The notes under the pieces are model-generated. The model did not search any database. It had not been told where the DNA came from and saw nothing but the letters and a program-made list of their open reading frames with translations. Shown one piece after another: positions 19,294 to 30,333 of a DNA stretch of 64,000 nt. How positions within the stretch are numbered: the stretch's first letter is position 1; every line of letters begins with the position of its first letter. The DNA is taken from positions 64,001-128,000 of the forward strand of contig CBDCFW010000001.1 of NCBI GenBank assembly GCA_965216465.1, written 5' to 3'. The DNA is from Bacteroidia bacterium (GTDB taxonomy: Bacteria; Bacteroidota; Bacteroidia; NS11-12g; UBA9320). The translations under genes and the position numbers were made by a program.

Positions 19294-19746
19294 ATGTCAG
19301 ACTTAAAGGTAAGAGTAGCAACAGAACTCGATATCCCTGCAATGCTAAAACTCATTCAAGAATTGGCACTATTTGAAAAAGCTCCCGACGAAGTAACAAA
19401 TACGGCCGAACGGATGCGTATTGATGGGTTTAGTGAGCATGCAATTTACGATAGTTTTGTTGCTGAGATGAATGGCACTATAGTAGGTATAGCCATTACT
19501 TACTATCGCTATTCTACTTGGAAAGGAAAGTGCTTATATCTGGAAGATCTAATCGTAACAGAGGAGCATCGTGGAAAAGGAATCGGAAAGCTCTTATTCG
19601 ATCGTTGCATTGCGTTTGGTAGAGAGCAAAATTGTGTGCGAATGAATTGGCAGGTGCTTGACTGGAATACTCCTGCAATAGAATTTTACAAAGCTTATAA
19701 CGCTGAGCTGGATGGAGAATGGATAAACGGGGCTATTGACCTATAG
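19294..19746 (+). CDS. GNAT N-acetyltransferase (spermidine/diamine acetyltransferase-like)
   Basis: LIQELALFEK, YSTWKG, YLEDL, RGKGIG, VLDWNTPAIEFY. Confidence 0.88.
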   Translation: MSDLKVRVATELDIPAMLKLIQELALFEKAPDEVTNTAERMRIDGFSEHAIYDSFVAEMNGTIVGIAITYYRYSTWKGKCLYLEDLIVTEEHRGKGIGKLLFDRCIAFGREQNCVRMNWQVLDWNTPAIEFYKAYNAELDGEWINGAIDL

Positions 19747-21421
19747 GTTTTCGCTCCCACACCCCATAACCATTTCCAGCGAATACCAGATGTAACTCTT
19801 CGTATTTCTTCATTGATTCGAACTTGTTCAGTTTAGCAGAAACAGAAACAGGTATTTCCGTTTCTCGAATCACAATATCTCTAACGGCATTATCTAATGT
19901 CTTCTTTGTGAATTGATTCAACTCAAAACCTTCATTTTTTACCAACGAGTCTTGCAGCTCTGTACGAATAGCATTTACCTCATCTATCTTTTGTGCATGA
20001 GTATAGTAAATATGTGCGTAGCTCTTAAAGCCCACAGTGAAATGTGCCATCGGTTTTTCTTGGTACGTCTTTAACTGATCGATCCATTCACCTTGTAAAA
20101 CTCTTTCAATAGTTCCAATACTCGAAACCATAAAGATTGAGATGATCAGAGTATTGCCTACCAGCAGAGTCGACATATTCATCTTTGAATACTTGAACAC
20201 CGCTCTAATCAATAAGCTTGCAAGTACTAGGGCTAAAACCACAGGAGTGATACTCCAATCAACTGGGGTCTTTAATTGCTCAAGCGTGAACTCATCAGCA
20301 ATAAGAGGTTTAATCTTGTCAATAACGTTAAGCTCGTCAATACCTAACAAGCCTAGCACTACAAAGAGTGAAAGCCAAATAAGCCCAACAATGAGCATGA
20401 ATATTTTTTGTAGACTCGATAGCACTTCATGTTTTGCCATCCACACTCCTCCCAATATTGCCAATGGGATGTAACACATGCTGCTATAGTGAACAATTTT
20501 AGTAGTCACTAATGAGAACACAATAAGCACTACCCAAAAAAGGACCTTCATCCAACGCAAGAAAGTATGATCTGATTCGTGTTTAAGACGCCCTACAACT
20601 GCATTAAGAGCAAGTACTGCAAGAGGAAAGCAACCGATCAAGAGCACCACAAAGTGATAATAAAACGGTTGGCCATGTGAAGCAATCGGGTATCTAAATA
20701 AATCAATTTGGTACCACACAAACTCATTAACAAACCACCATCCACTTTGACTAATTTGAGCACCAAAATACAATCCCGGTAGAACCAACAAGCCTACTAG
20801 CAAAAACAGAAGCGATTTAAAAGAATAAAAGTTTATTCTATAAATCAATTGATAGGCTAAGCCAGATAATCCAACCAAAAGTAATGCTGCAGGACCTTTT
20901 GTGAGTATTGCTGCCCCAAGAAATAAACCACTCCAAAAGTATGCTCCAATTTGCTTTAGTTCTATAGATTTAACAAGGTAAAGTACGCTAAGAAACATGA
21001 ATAAATTAAACAGAGGATCGATGATTCCGGATTTAAAATAGAAATGTGGAGTTATAGAACCAATGTATAAAAGCAACGTAAATATACTTGCTTGGAGACC
21101 ATAGCGTTTCCTCACCTGCACATAAAGTATTGTGAGCGTGACTAAACCAATCGCTACGTTGGGAAACCGCGCACCAAACTCTGTGACACCAAAAACTGAC
21201 ATCGAAATTGCTTGCAGCCAGATAAACAATGGAGGTTTTTCCCAAAATGGTTGATAGTTGATTTGTACATTTAACCAATCGCCAGTGACCAGCATTTCTC
21301 GTGCCGCCTCAGCAAAATTGATTTCATCCCAATCAAAGAGATGAACATGGCCCAGAAAAGGAATAAATAGCAAGAGATAAAACCCCAGGGTAAATAAAAA
21401 TGCTTTGTGCCTTGCTATCAT
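19733..21421 (-). CDS. ArnT/PMT-family (GT83/GT39) membrane glycosyltransferase
   Basis: LFDWDEINFAEAAREM, WEKPPLFIW, ARFP, LTKGP, many transmembrane segments. Confidence 0.88.
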   Translation of the reverse strand: MIARHKAFLFTLGFYLLLFIPFLGHVHLFDWDEINFAEAAREMLVTGDWLNVQINYQPFWEKPPLFIWLQAISMSVFGVTEFGARFPNVAIGLVTLTILYVQVRKRYGLQASIFTLLLYIGSITPHFYFKSGIIDPLFNLFMFLSVLYLVKSIELKQIGAYFWSGLFLGAAILTKGPAALLLVGLSGLAYQLIYRINFYSFKSLLFLLVGLLVLPGLYFGAQISQSGWWFVNEFVWYQIDLFRYPIASHGQPFYYHFVVLLIGCFPLAVLALNAVVGRLKHESDHTFLRWMKVLFWVVLIVFSLVTTKIVHYSSMCYIPLAILGGVWMAKHEVLSSLQKIFMLIVGLIWLSLFVVLGLLGIDELNVIDKIKPLIADEFTLEQLKTPVDWSITPVVLALVLASLLIRAVFKYSKMNMSTLLVGNTLIISIFMVSSIGTIERVLQGEWIDQLKTYQEKPMAHFTVGFKSYAHIYYTHAQKIDEVNAIRTELQDSLVKNEGFELNQFTKKTLDNAVRDIVIRETEIPVSVSAKLNKFESMKKYEELHLVFAGNGYGVWERKPIGQ

Positions 21422-22068
21422 GCCTTTGCAAAAAGTTTTCTTTCAAAAAATGGAATCTTTGAGAGCCTATCGTGCAACAGAATGTAACAGCATGTTGTTA
21501 AAAACAAACCAAGTACAGCTCCGGCCACCACATCGTTAACAAAGTGCTGGGCTAAGTATACTCTCGAAATTCCTACTAAAGCCGCACAAGTAAAACTGAC
21601 TACTTGAATCCATCGCTTACGAAGAGCAAAACACAAAACAGTGTAAAAGGTAAAGCCAGCCGTAGTATGTCCACTTGGAAATGAAAAATTGGTGTGTCGT
21701 TCTAAATTTTCAATGTGGTTTAAATCACTGAACATATGAGAAGGTCGTTTTTCGTCTGAAAATACTCCTCTTTTTAATCCTGACGATGCAAACGTGGTTA
21801 TCAATACAGCGACAACAAAGATTGTTGCATGCTTGAACTTGGATGTAAGTAGCAAGATTAAAAAAACAATCATACCACCAAGTGCCTCTCCTAGTGTTGT
21901 AGCAAACATGAAGAAGCTGTTCAGGGCTGGAGATTGATTCCTATTAAAAATCAAGACCACCTCGCCTTTTGCAAAATTGAGTAGCGATAGTAATCCTATC
22001 ATTATGAACAAGATGCATAATGCGTAATAAATTCGATATCTTAAAATATGTGCTAACAATTGCCTCAA
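21418..22068 (-). CDS. PAP2 family membrane phosphatase (lipid A or undecaprenyl phosphatase-like)
   Basis: K...RP, SFPSGH, SRVYLAQHFVNDV motifs. Confidence 0.88.
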   Translation of the reverse strand: MRQLLAHILRYRIYYALCILFIMIGLLSLLNFAKGEVVLIFNRNQSPALNSFFMFATTLGEALGGMIVFLILLLTSKFKHATIFVVAVLITTFASSGLKRGVFSDEKRPSHMFSDLNHIENLERHTNFSFPSGHTTAGFTFYTVLCFALRKRWIQVVSFTCAALVGISRVYLAQHFVNDVVAGAVLGLFLTTCCYILLHDRLSKIPFFERKLFAKA

Positions 22069-22138
22069 AAATAGACGTCTTAAATAGTTTATTAAACAAA
22101 AAATTGTTTATTTGAAAATTCTTAAAAAACGAAGTACA

Positions 22139-22522
22139 GTGGAAAGAGTAAAAATAGAACTAGAGTTTGTTATAAAATCATCTCCAACAATACTTTATCA
22201 GTACATTTCTACCCCTTCTGGGTTGGTTGAGTGGTTTTGTGATGATGTTAATATAAAAGGAAGTAAACGCTATATTTTTATCTGGGATGGCGAGGAGAAT
22301 GAAGCTGAACTGGTTAAGAAAGTTAACGGCAAGTACATCAAGTTTAAGTTGAAAGACAACGATCCTGATGAATACTTCCAGTTTGAAATTACTAAAGATG
22401 AACTTACTGGAGACATTGGTCTTTTAGTTACCGACTGGGTTGATGCCGATGAAGAAGACGAAATGAGACTGCTTTGGGAAAGTCAAGTTGGCGACCTTAA
22501 GCATGCTCTTGGTCTAGCTTAA
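22139..22522 (+). CDS. START-like/SRPBCC domain protein
   Basis: STPSGLVEWFCDDV, FIWDG, DELTGD; GTG start at 22139. Confidence 0.8.
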   Translation: MERVKIELEFVIKSSPTILYQYISTPSGLVEWFCDDVNIKGSKRYIFIWDGEENEAELVKKVNGKYIKFKLKDNDPDEYFQFEITKDELTGDIGLLVTDWVDADEEDEMRLLWESQVGDLKHALGLA

Positions 22523-23064
22523 TAGCGCTCTTCTATTGACTCTGTGTCCTCAAGTAAAGAGTCATATTTTTCCTTCATATAGTCACCGAAATCTTGAGCA
22601 CCTTCTTGCAAAGATTCTAGATGTTTGTTTTCTACTGGAATGAAGTTTTGAATCATTTCCTTGTATTTGTGCTCAGCATCACGACTTGCTAAACACTGTA
22701 ATGCTTCAGTTTTTGTGGCATCTAAACTTCGAATTAAAACATGGGTCGACTTGTACTTACTCTGTTTGATATCAGTAAGCTCTTCTGCTGAAAAGCGGTT
22801 TTTCATGTCGCTATCTGCCAATTCAACAACACAATCACAGACATCCTCATCTTGAGTCATTTCATTTCCGCAATACTCAAATCGTAAGGCAGCTATACTT
22901 ACTTCTTTACCTTCAAACGGCCCGATTGAATAGTAGTACATAAAGCCAACTGCCACACCCACAACCAACAGAAATCCAAGAACCTTGATTATTAATCGTG
23001 TTGCGAATTTGATAACAAAGGCTAAAACAACAAATGCGATGATGGCTGTAAGCGACGTTCCCAT
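22519..23064 (-). CDS. Hypothetical membrane protein
   Basis: Two N-terminal transmembrane helices and a Cys-containing soluble part; own -7 box. Confidence 0.65.
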   Translation of the reverse strand: MGTSLTAIIAFVVLAFVIKFATRLIIKVLGFLLVVGVAVGFMYYYSIGPFEGKEVSIAALRFEYCGNEMTQDEDVCDCVVELADSDMKNRFSAEELTDIKQSKYKSTHVLIRSLDATKTEALQCLASRDAEHKYKEMIQNFIPVENKHLESLQEGAQDFGDYMKEKYDSLLEDTESIEERY

Positions 23065-23073
23065 TAAGCAAAG

Positions 23074-24375
23074 TTATTTATTCTCAACCAAATGCATGTA
23101 CATTTCCTTGGGTGTAATGCGATCGTTAATCAACTTTCTTTTCTGCCCAAGATAAAACCCTCTCGGTACGTCTTCGAGAAAAAAGCTAGATCCTATTTCA
23201 GAATTGCTGTAACCCATCGGCCATTTAATCTTATCGTAGTAAAAGATTATTCTAACCTGCTTTGGTTCGTCACCATGGTTTAAGGTGATGAGCTTAATAC
23301 GGCCATTAAATTCGTAATGAATCTTACCTAAATATAAAGTATCTTCTGCTGATAAAGATTCTTTATCCCAGAAGTAAAGATACACCTCTTGCTTCTTGTA
23401 ATCTTTTAACTCATACTTGGCATTGAACACGTTAAAATATTCAAAGTTCGGGACCTTCCTTCCGGTTTCAAGTTTATTGGTAAGGACGGCATTCGGGTCT
23501 TCTTCAATCTCTACATAAGCCCCAGTAGTTTCGATGCTAACAAACCGATATTTCTTTCCATTCCACTCAAAAGCATTTTTATTGATAGTTGGAGTAAGAT
23601 TGAACAATTTATCTGAGGCTATTTGACTTTTATATTGACCGACATAAAGCATATCGTTACAACTCTCGTTATAAATTCCATTCACGTTCATGTCTTTAAT
23701 ACCAATGGTAAAAGAATCGGTTGCTGTTTTGTAATGGGCTGCAATGCAATTGTACCGTTGCACACGGTAGCAATAATTAATGTCTGTAAATAGCTTTGAG
23801 CCGCTATGAGCTCGGTAGTGACTTGTCAACAGGTTTTTATACCGCACATTCTCGCCGTATTTAAACCGAGAAAGTCGGATTCCGTAAGTAGCTTCCGGAA
23901 TGTCTTTGTTTCGAAGCAAAATTTCTTTACTCCAATCTCTGTAACGAATGGTATCAGGAGGACCATCGTTGGTGAAATCAAAGTCGTTATTTCGGTCGAT
24001 ATAGAAGAACACAGATCTCCTCGATCTTCTGTAGTTTCCTACCATTGCCAACAGGTAACCTTTACTAATGGGATTATCTGCACCGGCAAAATAAATGTAT
24101 GTATAACCTGTGTCGCGCACCCCTTCCATATTTGGAAGTTTTGAAATCTTATACCACGGTCTAGTTGTATCTATTTCAAGTCCAAATTTTGTGTAAGGTT
24201 CAATACTGTCTGAAGTATATCTGTATATAGGCAGTATAGATTGAGACTTTTCAAACACATCATCTTTAACATGCTTTTCCGCATCCAATCTAATGGTTTG
24301 AGCAACTAAAAAACCGGCAATTAAAAATAGCCAGCTAGCAAAAATTAAACGTTTAAGTGCGTCGTTACTCTTCAT
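23074..24375 (-). CDS. Secreted hypothetical protein with C-terminal thioredoxin-like fold lacking CxxC
   Basis: Start ATG 24375 (TAATG overlap with the upstream gene), signal peptide, DRNNDFDFTND and DMNVNG loops, GRKVPNF...YLYFWD. Confidence 0.65.
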   Translation of the reverse strand: MKSNDALKRLIFASWLFLIAGFLVAQTIRLDAEKHVKDDVFEKSQSILPIYRYTSDSIEPYTKFGLEIDTTRPWYKISKLPNMEGVRDTGYTYIYFAGADNPISKGYLLAMVGNYRRSRRSVFFYIDRNNDFDFTNDGPPDTIRYRDWSKEILLRNKDIPEATYGIRLSRFKYGENVRYKNLLTSHYRAHSGSKLFTDINYCYRVQRYNCIAAHYKTATDSFTIGIKDMNVNGIYNESCNDMLYVGQYKSQIASDKLFNLTPTINKNAFEWNGKKYRFVSIETTGAYVEIEEDPNAVLTNKLETGRKVPNFEYFNVFNAKYELKDYKKQEVYLYFWDKESLSAEDTLYLGKIHYEFNGRIKLITLNHGDEPKQVRIIFYYDKIKWPMGYSNSEIGSSFFLEDVPRGFYLGQKRKLINDRITPKEMYMHLVENK

Positions 24376-25046
24376 TATCGTCTTGTAACCAACGAAATAT
24401 AGTAGAGTAATGTTGCCAATGATCCAAGTGCAGCGACTACATAAGTCATGGCTGCCCATTTAAGTGCATCACGACTGTCAGCAATTTCTTCTCGAGTTGC
24501 CATACGTTCTGTTTCAATCCAAGCCAATGCTCTTCGACTGGCATCAAATTCAACAGGTAAAGTGATGAAGCTAAATAACGTTGTAAGTGAAAACATTGCT
24601 ATACCTACCCAGAACAAGTTAGGTCCTATGGTTGGAATTAAAACCAGTCCAATCAATATTACCCACATCATCCATCTAGAGCTAACACTAACAACAGGAA
24701 CTAGCTTGCTTCTTAATGTTAACCAAGAATAAGCCTTTGCGTGTTGCACGGCATGGCCACATTCGTGGGCTGCAACTGCTGCTGCCGCTGCATTACGTTG
24801 ATTATAGACCGCCTCACTGAGGTTAACTGTTTTCTTTACCGGGTTATAATGGTCGGTAAGTTGACCATTTACTGATATTACCTTGACATCATAAATGCCA
24901 TTATCTGCTAACATCTTTTCTGCAATCTCACGACCACTTAAGTTCGAAGAGATTGGAGTTTGAGAATACTTTCTAAATTTTGATTTCAAGCGATTCTGAA
25001 CGAACCAGCTCGCTCCCATCACTATAAAGATTAATACATAAAACAT
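24375..25046 (-). CDS. Membrane zinc metallopeptidase (YugP/Zn_peptidase_2)
   Basis: LTDHYNP, AAHECGHAVQH, TLPVEFDASRRA, AAMTYV. Confidence 0.92.
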   Translation of the reverse strand: MFYVLIFIVMGASWFVQNRLKSKFRKYSQTPISSNLSGREIAEKMLADNGIYDVKVISVNGQLTDHYNPVKKTVNLSEAVYNQRNAAAAAVAAHECGHAVQHAKAYSWLTLRSKLVPVVSVSSRWMMWVILIGLVLIPTIGPNLFWVGIAMFSLTTLFSFITLPVEFDASRRALAWIETERMATREEIADSRDALKWAAMTYVVAALGSLATLLYYISLVTRR

Positions 25047-25070
25047 AAAATTCTAATTACACTTAGTTCA

Positions 25071-25086
25071 ACAAATTTTGTTCCAA
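25071..25086 (-). promoter_or_regulatory. Sigma54-like promoter
   Basis: TTGGAACAAAATTTGT 24 nt upstream of the ATG. Confidence 0.45.
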
Positions 25087-25240
25087 ATTGGTTAGGAACA
25101 TTTGTATGCCAATATTACCATCCCAATTAGAAAGACAAAAATACTTATCTTATTAATCGTATGCATTGACTTTACAAAACTCCCTTCTCCTGTATTTTTC
25201 TTAAACGTGAGGTAGCTCCAAATTTTATTTAAAATTTCCT

Positions 25241-26518
25241 TCATAGATAAGGTTTTAGGTCTTGACCGATATCCGTTCTAAACACCCTTTTATCAAACGA
25301 AAAGCTTTTGCTCAAAGCGTATGATTTATCAAGTGCTGATTGTAAGTCAGGGCCAAAGCAAGATGCAGCTAAAACCCTACCACCACTGGTTATAACGCTG
25401 CCGTTGTCTCGTTTTGTTCCAGCGTGAAACAACGTCTCTGACACTTCAGTAAATGCTATCTCCTTTCCTTTTTCGTAGCTTTCAGGATAGCCTCCTGAAA
25501 CCGAAAATACGGTCGTGCAATAATCTGTTACGGTATTAACTTCTCGGGTCTTCATGCTACCATCCTTTGCTGAAGACAGAATGTCACCTAGTGACTCATT
25601 TATGCGTGGAACCACAACTTCAGTCTCAGGGTCACCCATGCGAACATTGTACTCAATCACATAAGGATTATTGTTTACGGCGATTAATCCAAAGAAAACA
25701 AAACCTCTATAATTCAGCCCTTGATTCTTGAATCCGTCAATTGTTGGCTTAATTACTTGTTCAATCGTTTTAGTCTTAAGCTCTGCATTAAAGAATGGCA
25801 CAGGCGATACTGCCCCCATTCCCCCGGTGTTTAAACCGGTATCTCCCTCTCCTATTCGTTTGTAGTCTTTTGCTTCTGGAAGTAAAACGTAATTAGAACC
25901 GTCGGTAATTACAAATACACTAAACTCGATCCCATCTAAGAATTCTTCAATAACAACCGTGCTCGAAGCGTTTCCAAATTTCTCATTCACCAACATATCT
26001 TCTAGGCTTGATTTAGCTTCGTTGATGTCGTCAATTATGAGAACACCTTTACCTGCCGCAAGTCCATCGGCTTTAAGGACGTAAGGCGGGTTTAATTTCT
26101 CTAAAAATGCGAATCCTTCTTGCACATTGTCTTTGGTAAAACTTTGATAAGCAGCTGTAGGAATATTCTGTTTTGCCATAAACTCTTTGGCAAACGACTT
26201 GCTGCTTTCTAATTGACCTGCGTGTTGATCCGGTGAAAAAACATAGACATCAGACGTTCTTGAATCGCTTTCAAATGCATCTCGAACTCCTTCTGCAATT
26301 GCTTCTTCTGAACCTGGAATAATGGTATCTATTTGATTGTCAACAGAAAACTGCTTCAAAAAATCAAAATCGGTAAGCTTGCACGACACGTTGGTCGCAC
26401 ACAATTCTGTTCCTCCATTTCCCGGAGCAACAAACACATTTTCCTTTCCAATTTCTTTGCTCAGCTTCCAAGCAATGGCGTGCTCTCGAGCACCTGATCC
26501 TAGTATTAATATTCGCAT
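25241..26518 (-). CDS. purD: Phosphoribosylamine-glycine ligase
   Basis: GSGAREHA, APGNGG, KADGLAAGKGV, NTGGMGA, RMGDPE. Confidence 0.97.
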   Translation of the reverse strand: MRILILGSGAREHAIAWKLSKEIGKENVFVAPGNGGTELCATNVSCKLTDFDFLKQFSVDNQIDTIIPGSEEAIAEGVRDAFESDSRTSDVYVFSPDQHAGQLESSKSFAKEFMAKQNIPTAAYQSFTKDNVQEGFAFLEKLNPPYVLKADGLAAGKGVLIIDDINEAKSSLEDMLVNEKFGNASSTVVIEEFLDGIEFSVFVITDGSNYVLLPEAKDYKRIGEGDTGLNTGGMGAVSPVPFFNAELKTKTIEQVIKPTIDGFKNQGLNYRGFVFFGLIAVNNNPYVIEYNVRMGDPETEVVVPRINESLGDILSSAKDGSMKTREVNTVTDYCTTVFSVSGGYPESYEKGKEIAFTEVSETLFHAGTKRDNGSVITSGGRVLAASCFGPDLQSALDKSYALSKSFSFDKRVFRTDIGQDLKPYL

Positions 26519-26581
26519 AAGATAAATTCGCTCCAAAGATAAATATGGTTACATTTGAAGCACTATAAATTGATAAAATAT

Positions 26582-26974
26582 ATGAACAAAATAATCATGG
26601 TTTTTTCTATCGTAATCTTGAGCACTATTGGTTGTAAAGACAAAGAAGGCACAAGTCCTAATGGTGGAGGAAACGGCAGTGGATACTCAGATGCTCAAAA
26701 AGCACAACTTTACGATAAGGTTTGGTACCCTCAAGGTGCTGCGGGAGGTGTTGAACTAGAGTTTTTAAGTAATGGTACATTCCGTCAAGCTCTTTCGCTT
26801 CCGGGTACTTACTCTTGGCAAAATAATGGAGACACCATGAATATTAATGCATATGGTGGTACACGTTTTAACTACATATTCGATAAAATTACGGATACTG
26901 AGTTTACTTATCGATCAAATTTTGGTGGTGACAACTACAACACCCCTCACACTTTTGCAACTACAAAAAAATAA
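26582..26974 (+). CDS. Hypothetical lipoprotein
   Basis: Lipobox TIGC-KDKE, Gly linker, lipocalin-like W/GTYSW strands. Confidence 0.65.
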   Translation: MNKIIMVFSIVILSTIGCKDKEGTSPNGGGNGSGYSDAQKAQLYDKVWYPQGAAGGVELEFLSNGTFRQALSLPGTYSWQNNGDTMNINAYGGTRFNYIFDKITDTEFTYRSNFGGDNYNTPHTFATTKK

Positions 26975-26990
26975 TTGGCACAGTTTTAGT
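26975..26990 (+). promoter_or_regulatory. Sigma54-like promoter of secA
   Basis: TTGGCACAGTTTTAGT with a canonical TGGCAC -24 box, 22 nt upstream of the ATG. Confidence 0.5.
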
Positions 26991-27012
26991 CCATACGTAA
27001 TAAAACAATTCA

Positions 27013-30000
27013 ATGATTAATTCTTTAGTTAAAGGCATTTCAAAGCTTTTTGGCAATAAGGCATCCAAGGACGTGCAAGGGCTTTACCCTTACGTTGATA
27101 AAATAAATGCGGAATACGATAAACTACACAATCTCTCAAACGATGAACTTCGAGGTAAAACAACTGAGTTCAAAAATCGAATTAATGACTATTTGTCAGA
27201 AATAGATAACGAGATTGAATCTTTAAAGCAAAGTATTTCAAAAGCCGATATACACGACATTCATATAAAAGAAGAAGCATACGAGAAAATAGATGCTTTA
27301 GAGAAAAATCGTGATGAGAAGCTGGAGGAGATTCTAGAGCAAATTCTTCCTGAAGCTTTTGCGGTGGTTAAAGAAACAGCCCGAAGATTTACTGAGAACG
27401 ATACGGTTATTGCAACCGCTACTGAATATGATAGAGATTTAGCTGCTGCTAAGGAGAATATTAATATCCAAGGCAGTGATGTCATTTACGAAACTTCTTG
27501 GGATGCTGCTGGTAGCACGGTGGAATGGAATATGATTCATTACGACGTTCAGCTTATCGGTGGTGTTGTTTTACATAAAGGAAAAATCGCTGAGATGGCA
27601 ACGGGTGAAGGTAAAACGCTTGTTTCGACCCTTCCTGCCTATCTAAATGCTCTTGGCCAACGTGGAGTTCACGTAGTAACTGTTAACGATTACTTGGCAC
27701 GAAGAGATGCTGAGTGGAATGCTCCTATCTTCCAATTTCATGGATTGTCAGTTGACTGTTTAGATTACTATCGTCCGCACTCTCCAGAAAGAAAGAATGC
27801 TTACCTAGCAGACATTACATACGGTACCAACAACGAATTTGGTTTTGATTACCTGCGTGATAATATGGCTCATAGTCCAAGCGAGCAGGTTCAACAAAAA
27901 CATCACTTTGCAATGATTGATGAGGTCGATTCTGTATTGATTGATGATGCAAGAACACCTTTGATTATAAGTGGTCCAATCCCTAAAGGAGATGTGCATG
28001 AGTTTAATGAGTTAAAACCAAAGATTCAAAAATTGGTTGACGCTCAGAAGAGATATTTAACCACTGCTTTGGCTGATGCCAAGAAGATGATCAAAGAAGG
28101 CAAGACCAGCGAGAAAGACGGTGGCTTATTGCTTTATAGATGCTATCGCGGTTTACCTAAGAATAAGCCTTTGATTAAATTCTTAGGAGAAGTTGGAATG
28201 AAGGCTATCATGAACAAGGCCGAAAACTTCTACCTTCAAGATCAACAGAAAGAAATGCACATCGTTGATGCGGAGTTGTACTTCACCATCGATGAAAAAA
28301 ACAATCAAATTGAGCTTACCGATAAAGGTATTGAGTTAATCTCAAGCAATAGCGACGATAAAGACTTCTTCGTGATGCCTGATGTTGGTTCTTCAATTGC
28401 AGATTTAGAGAAGTCTTCACTATCTGAAGATGAGAAGGTTAAGAAGAAAGATGAAATCATGCGTGACTTCTCAGTTAAGTCAGAGCGTATTCACTCGATT
28501 AACCAGTTGCTGAAGGCCTATGCCATGTTTGAGAAAGATGTTGAATACATCATTCAAGATGGTAAAATCAAGATTGTTGATGAGCAAACCGGTAGGGTGA
28601 TGGACGGACGTCGTTACTCGGACGGACTTCACCAAGCAATAGAGGCTAAAGAAAATGTTAAAGTTGAAGCTGCAACACAAACTTTTGCAACCATTACTCT
28701 TCAAAACTTCTTTAGAATGTACCACAAGCTTAGTGGTATGACCGGTACTGCAGAAACGGAGGAAGGTGAATTCTGGGAAATCTACAAATTGGATGTTGTG
28801 GTTATTCCAACCAACAGACCCATTGCTCGTGACGACCGTGAAGATTTAGTTTATAAGACTGTTCGTGAGAAGTTTAACGCCGTAGCGCAAGAAATAATCC
28901 GACTTCAAAAGGAAGGACGACCTGTACTTGTGGGTACAACATCGGTTGAAATTTCGGAGCTATTAAGTAGAACATTGAGTATGCGTAAAATCAAACACAA
29001 TGTTTTGAATGCGAAGCAACACCAAAGAGAAGCAGATATTGTAGCCGAAGCGGGTCAACCCGGTGCAATTACCATTGCAACCAACATGGCAGGTAGAGGT
29101 ACCGATATTAAGCTTGGAAAGGGTGTTAAAGATGCTGGAGGACTTGCGATTATTGGTACAGAACGTCACGATAGTAGACGAGTTGATAGACAGTTAAGAG
29201 GTAGAGCGGGAAGACAGGGAGATCCTGGATCTTCACAATTCTACGTTTCGCTTGAAGATAATTTGATGCGTTTATTCGGCTCTGATAGAGTATCGAAGGT
29301 AATGGACCGTTTTGGTTACGAAGAAGGTGAAGTTATTCAGCACTCTATGATTACCAAAACGATTGAACGTTCTCAGAAGAAAGTTGAGCAAAACAACTTT
29401 GGTATCAGAAAGCGTCTACTTGAATACGATGACGTAATGAACAAGCAACGTGTTGTGATCTATACACGAAGAAAGAATGCTTTGTATGGTGATCGTTTAT
29501 CAGTAGACATTAATAACGCACTTTACGACTGGGTTGATGAATATGTGCAGGCATTTAGAGAAAGTGGAGACTTTGAAGGATTCAAATTAGAAACACTTCG
29601 CCAGTTAGCTTTTGAAAGCAACATGTCTGAAGATGATTTCCAAAGTGGAAGAGTTGACGAAATTGTTCAAACCATATTCGACGAGTTATTAGACGCTTAC
29701 GACCGAAAAAATAAAGACATTCAGCAACGTGCAATGATTGTGTTTAAAAACATTCATCGCGATCGTGGTGATGAGGTTAAAAACATCCTTGTACCATTTA
29801 CTGATGGCCGTAAAACGATAAATGTTTCCGTAAACTTACAAAAAGCACTAGAGACTGAAGGTCAGGAGATTACCAATGCATTTGAACGCTATGTTGCTCT
29901 TGCATCTATTGATGATCACTGGAAAGAACACTTGCGTGAGTTGGATGATTTAAAGCAAACTGCAAACAACGCTTCATACGAGCAAAAAGACCCATTATTG

Positions 30001-30333
30001 ATTTACAAGCTCGAATCATTTAATCTTTTCCAACAAATGATATCTACGCTAAACAATGACATCATTTCGTTATTGCTTAAGGGCAATATTCCAATTCAGG
30101 GTTCTGACGATATGAAAGAGGCTAAAGAGAGAAAGCGTTCTGACATGAGTAAAATGAGAACCAGTCGAGCTGCTGAGGCTTTGGTATCACAGAACGACGG
30201 TCAACGTCAACAGGAAGAAGCGGCAAGAGAAGTTCCGGTTCCTGTTCGAAGTGAGCAAAAAGTTGGAAGAAACGACCCTTGCCCTTGCGGTAGCGGTAAA
30301 AAATATAAAAAATGCCATGGTAAAGAAGCTTAG
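27013..30333 (+). CDS. secA: Preprotein translocase subunit SecA
   Basis: [39 protein letters not shown]-terminal [19 protein letters not shown]. Confidence 0.99.
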   Translation: MINSLVKGISKLFGNKASKDVQGLYPYVDKINAEYDKLHNLSNDELRGKTTEFKNRINDYLSEIDNEIESLKQSISKADIHDIHIKEEAYEKIDALEKNRDEKLEEILEQILPEAFAVVKETARRFTENDTVIATATEYDRDLAAAKENINIQGSDVIYETSWDAAGSTVEWNMIHYDVQLIGGVVLHKGKIAEMATGEGKTLVSTLPAYLNALGQRGVHVVTVNDYLARRDAEWNAPIFQFHGLSVDCLDYYRPHSPERKNAYLADITYGTNNEFGFDYLRDNMAHSPSEQVQQKHHFAMIDEVDSVLIDDARTPLIISGPIPKGDVHEFNELKPKIQKLVDAQKRYLTTALADAKKMIKEGKTSEKDGGLLLYRCYRGLPKNKPLIKFLGEVGMKAIMNKAENFYLQDQQKEMHIVDAELYFTIDEKNNQIELTDKGIELISSNSDDKDFFVMPDVGSSIADLEKSSLSEDEKVKKKDEIMRDFSVKSERIHSINQLLKAYAMFEKDVEYIIQDGKIKIVDEQTGRVMDGRRYSDGLHQAIEAKENVKVEAATQTFATITLQNFFRMYHKLSGMTGTAETEEGEFWEIYKLDVVVIPTNRPIARDDREDLVYKTVREKFNAVAQEIIRLQKEGRPVLVGTTSVEISELLSRTLSMRKIKHNVLNAKQHQREADIVAEAGQPGAITIATNMAGRGTDIKLGKGVKDAGGLAIIGTERHDSRRVDRQLRGRAGRQGDPGSSQFYVSLEDNLMRLFGSDRVSKVMDRFGYEEGEVIQHSMITKTIERSQKKVEQNNFGIRKRLLEYDDVMNKQRVVIYTRRKNALYGDRLSVDINNALYDWVDEYVQAFRESGDFEGFKLETLRQLAFESNMSEDDFQSGRVDEIVQTIFDELLDAYDRKNKDIQQRAMIVFKNIHRDRGDEVKNILVPFTDGRKTINVSVNLQKALETEGQEITNAFERYVALASIDDHWKEHLRELDDLKQTANNASYEQKDPLLIYKLESFNLFQQMISTLNNDIISLLLKGNIPIQGSDDMKEAKERKRSDMSKMRTSRAAEALVSQNDGQRQQEEAAREVPVPVRSEQKVGRNDPCPCGSGKKYKKCHGKEA

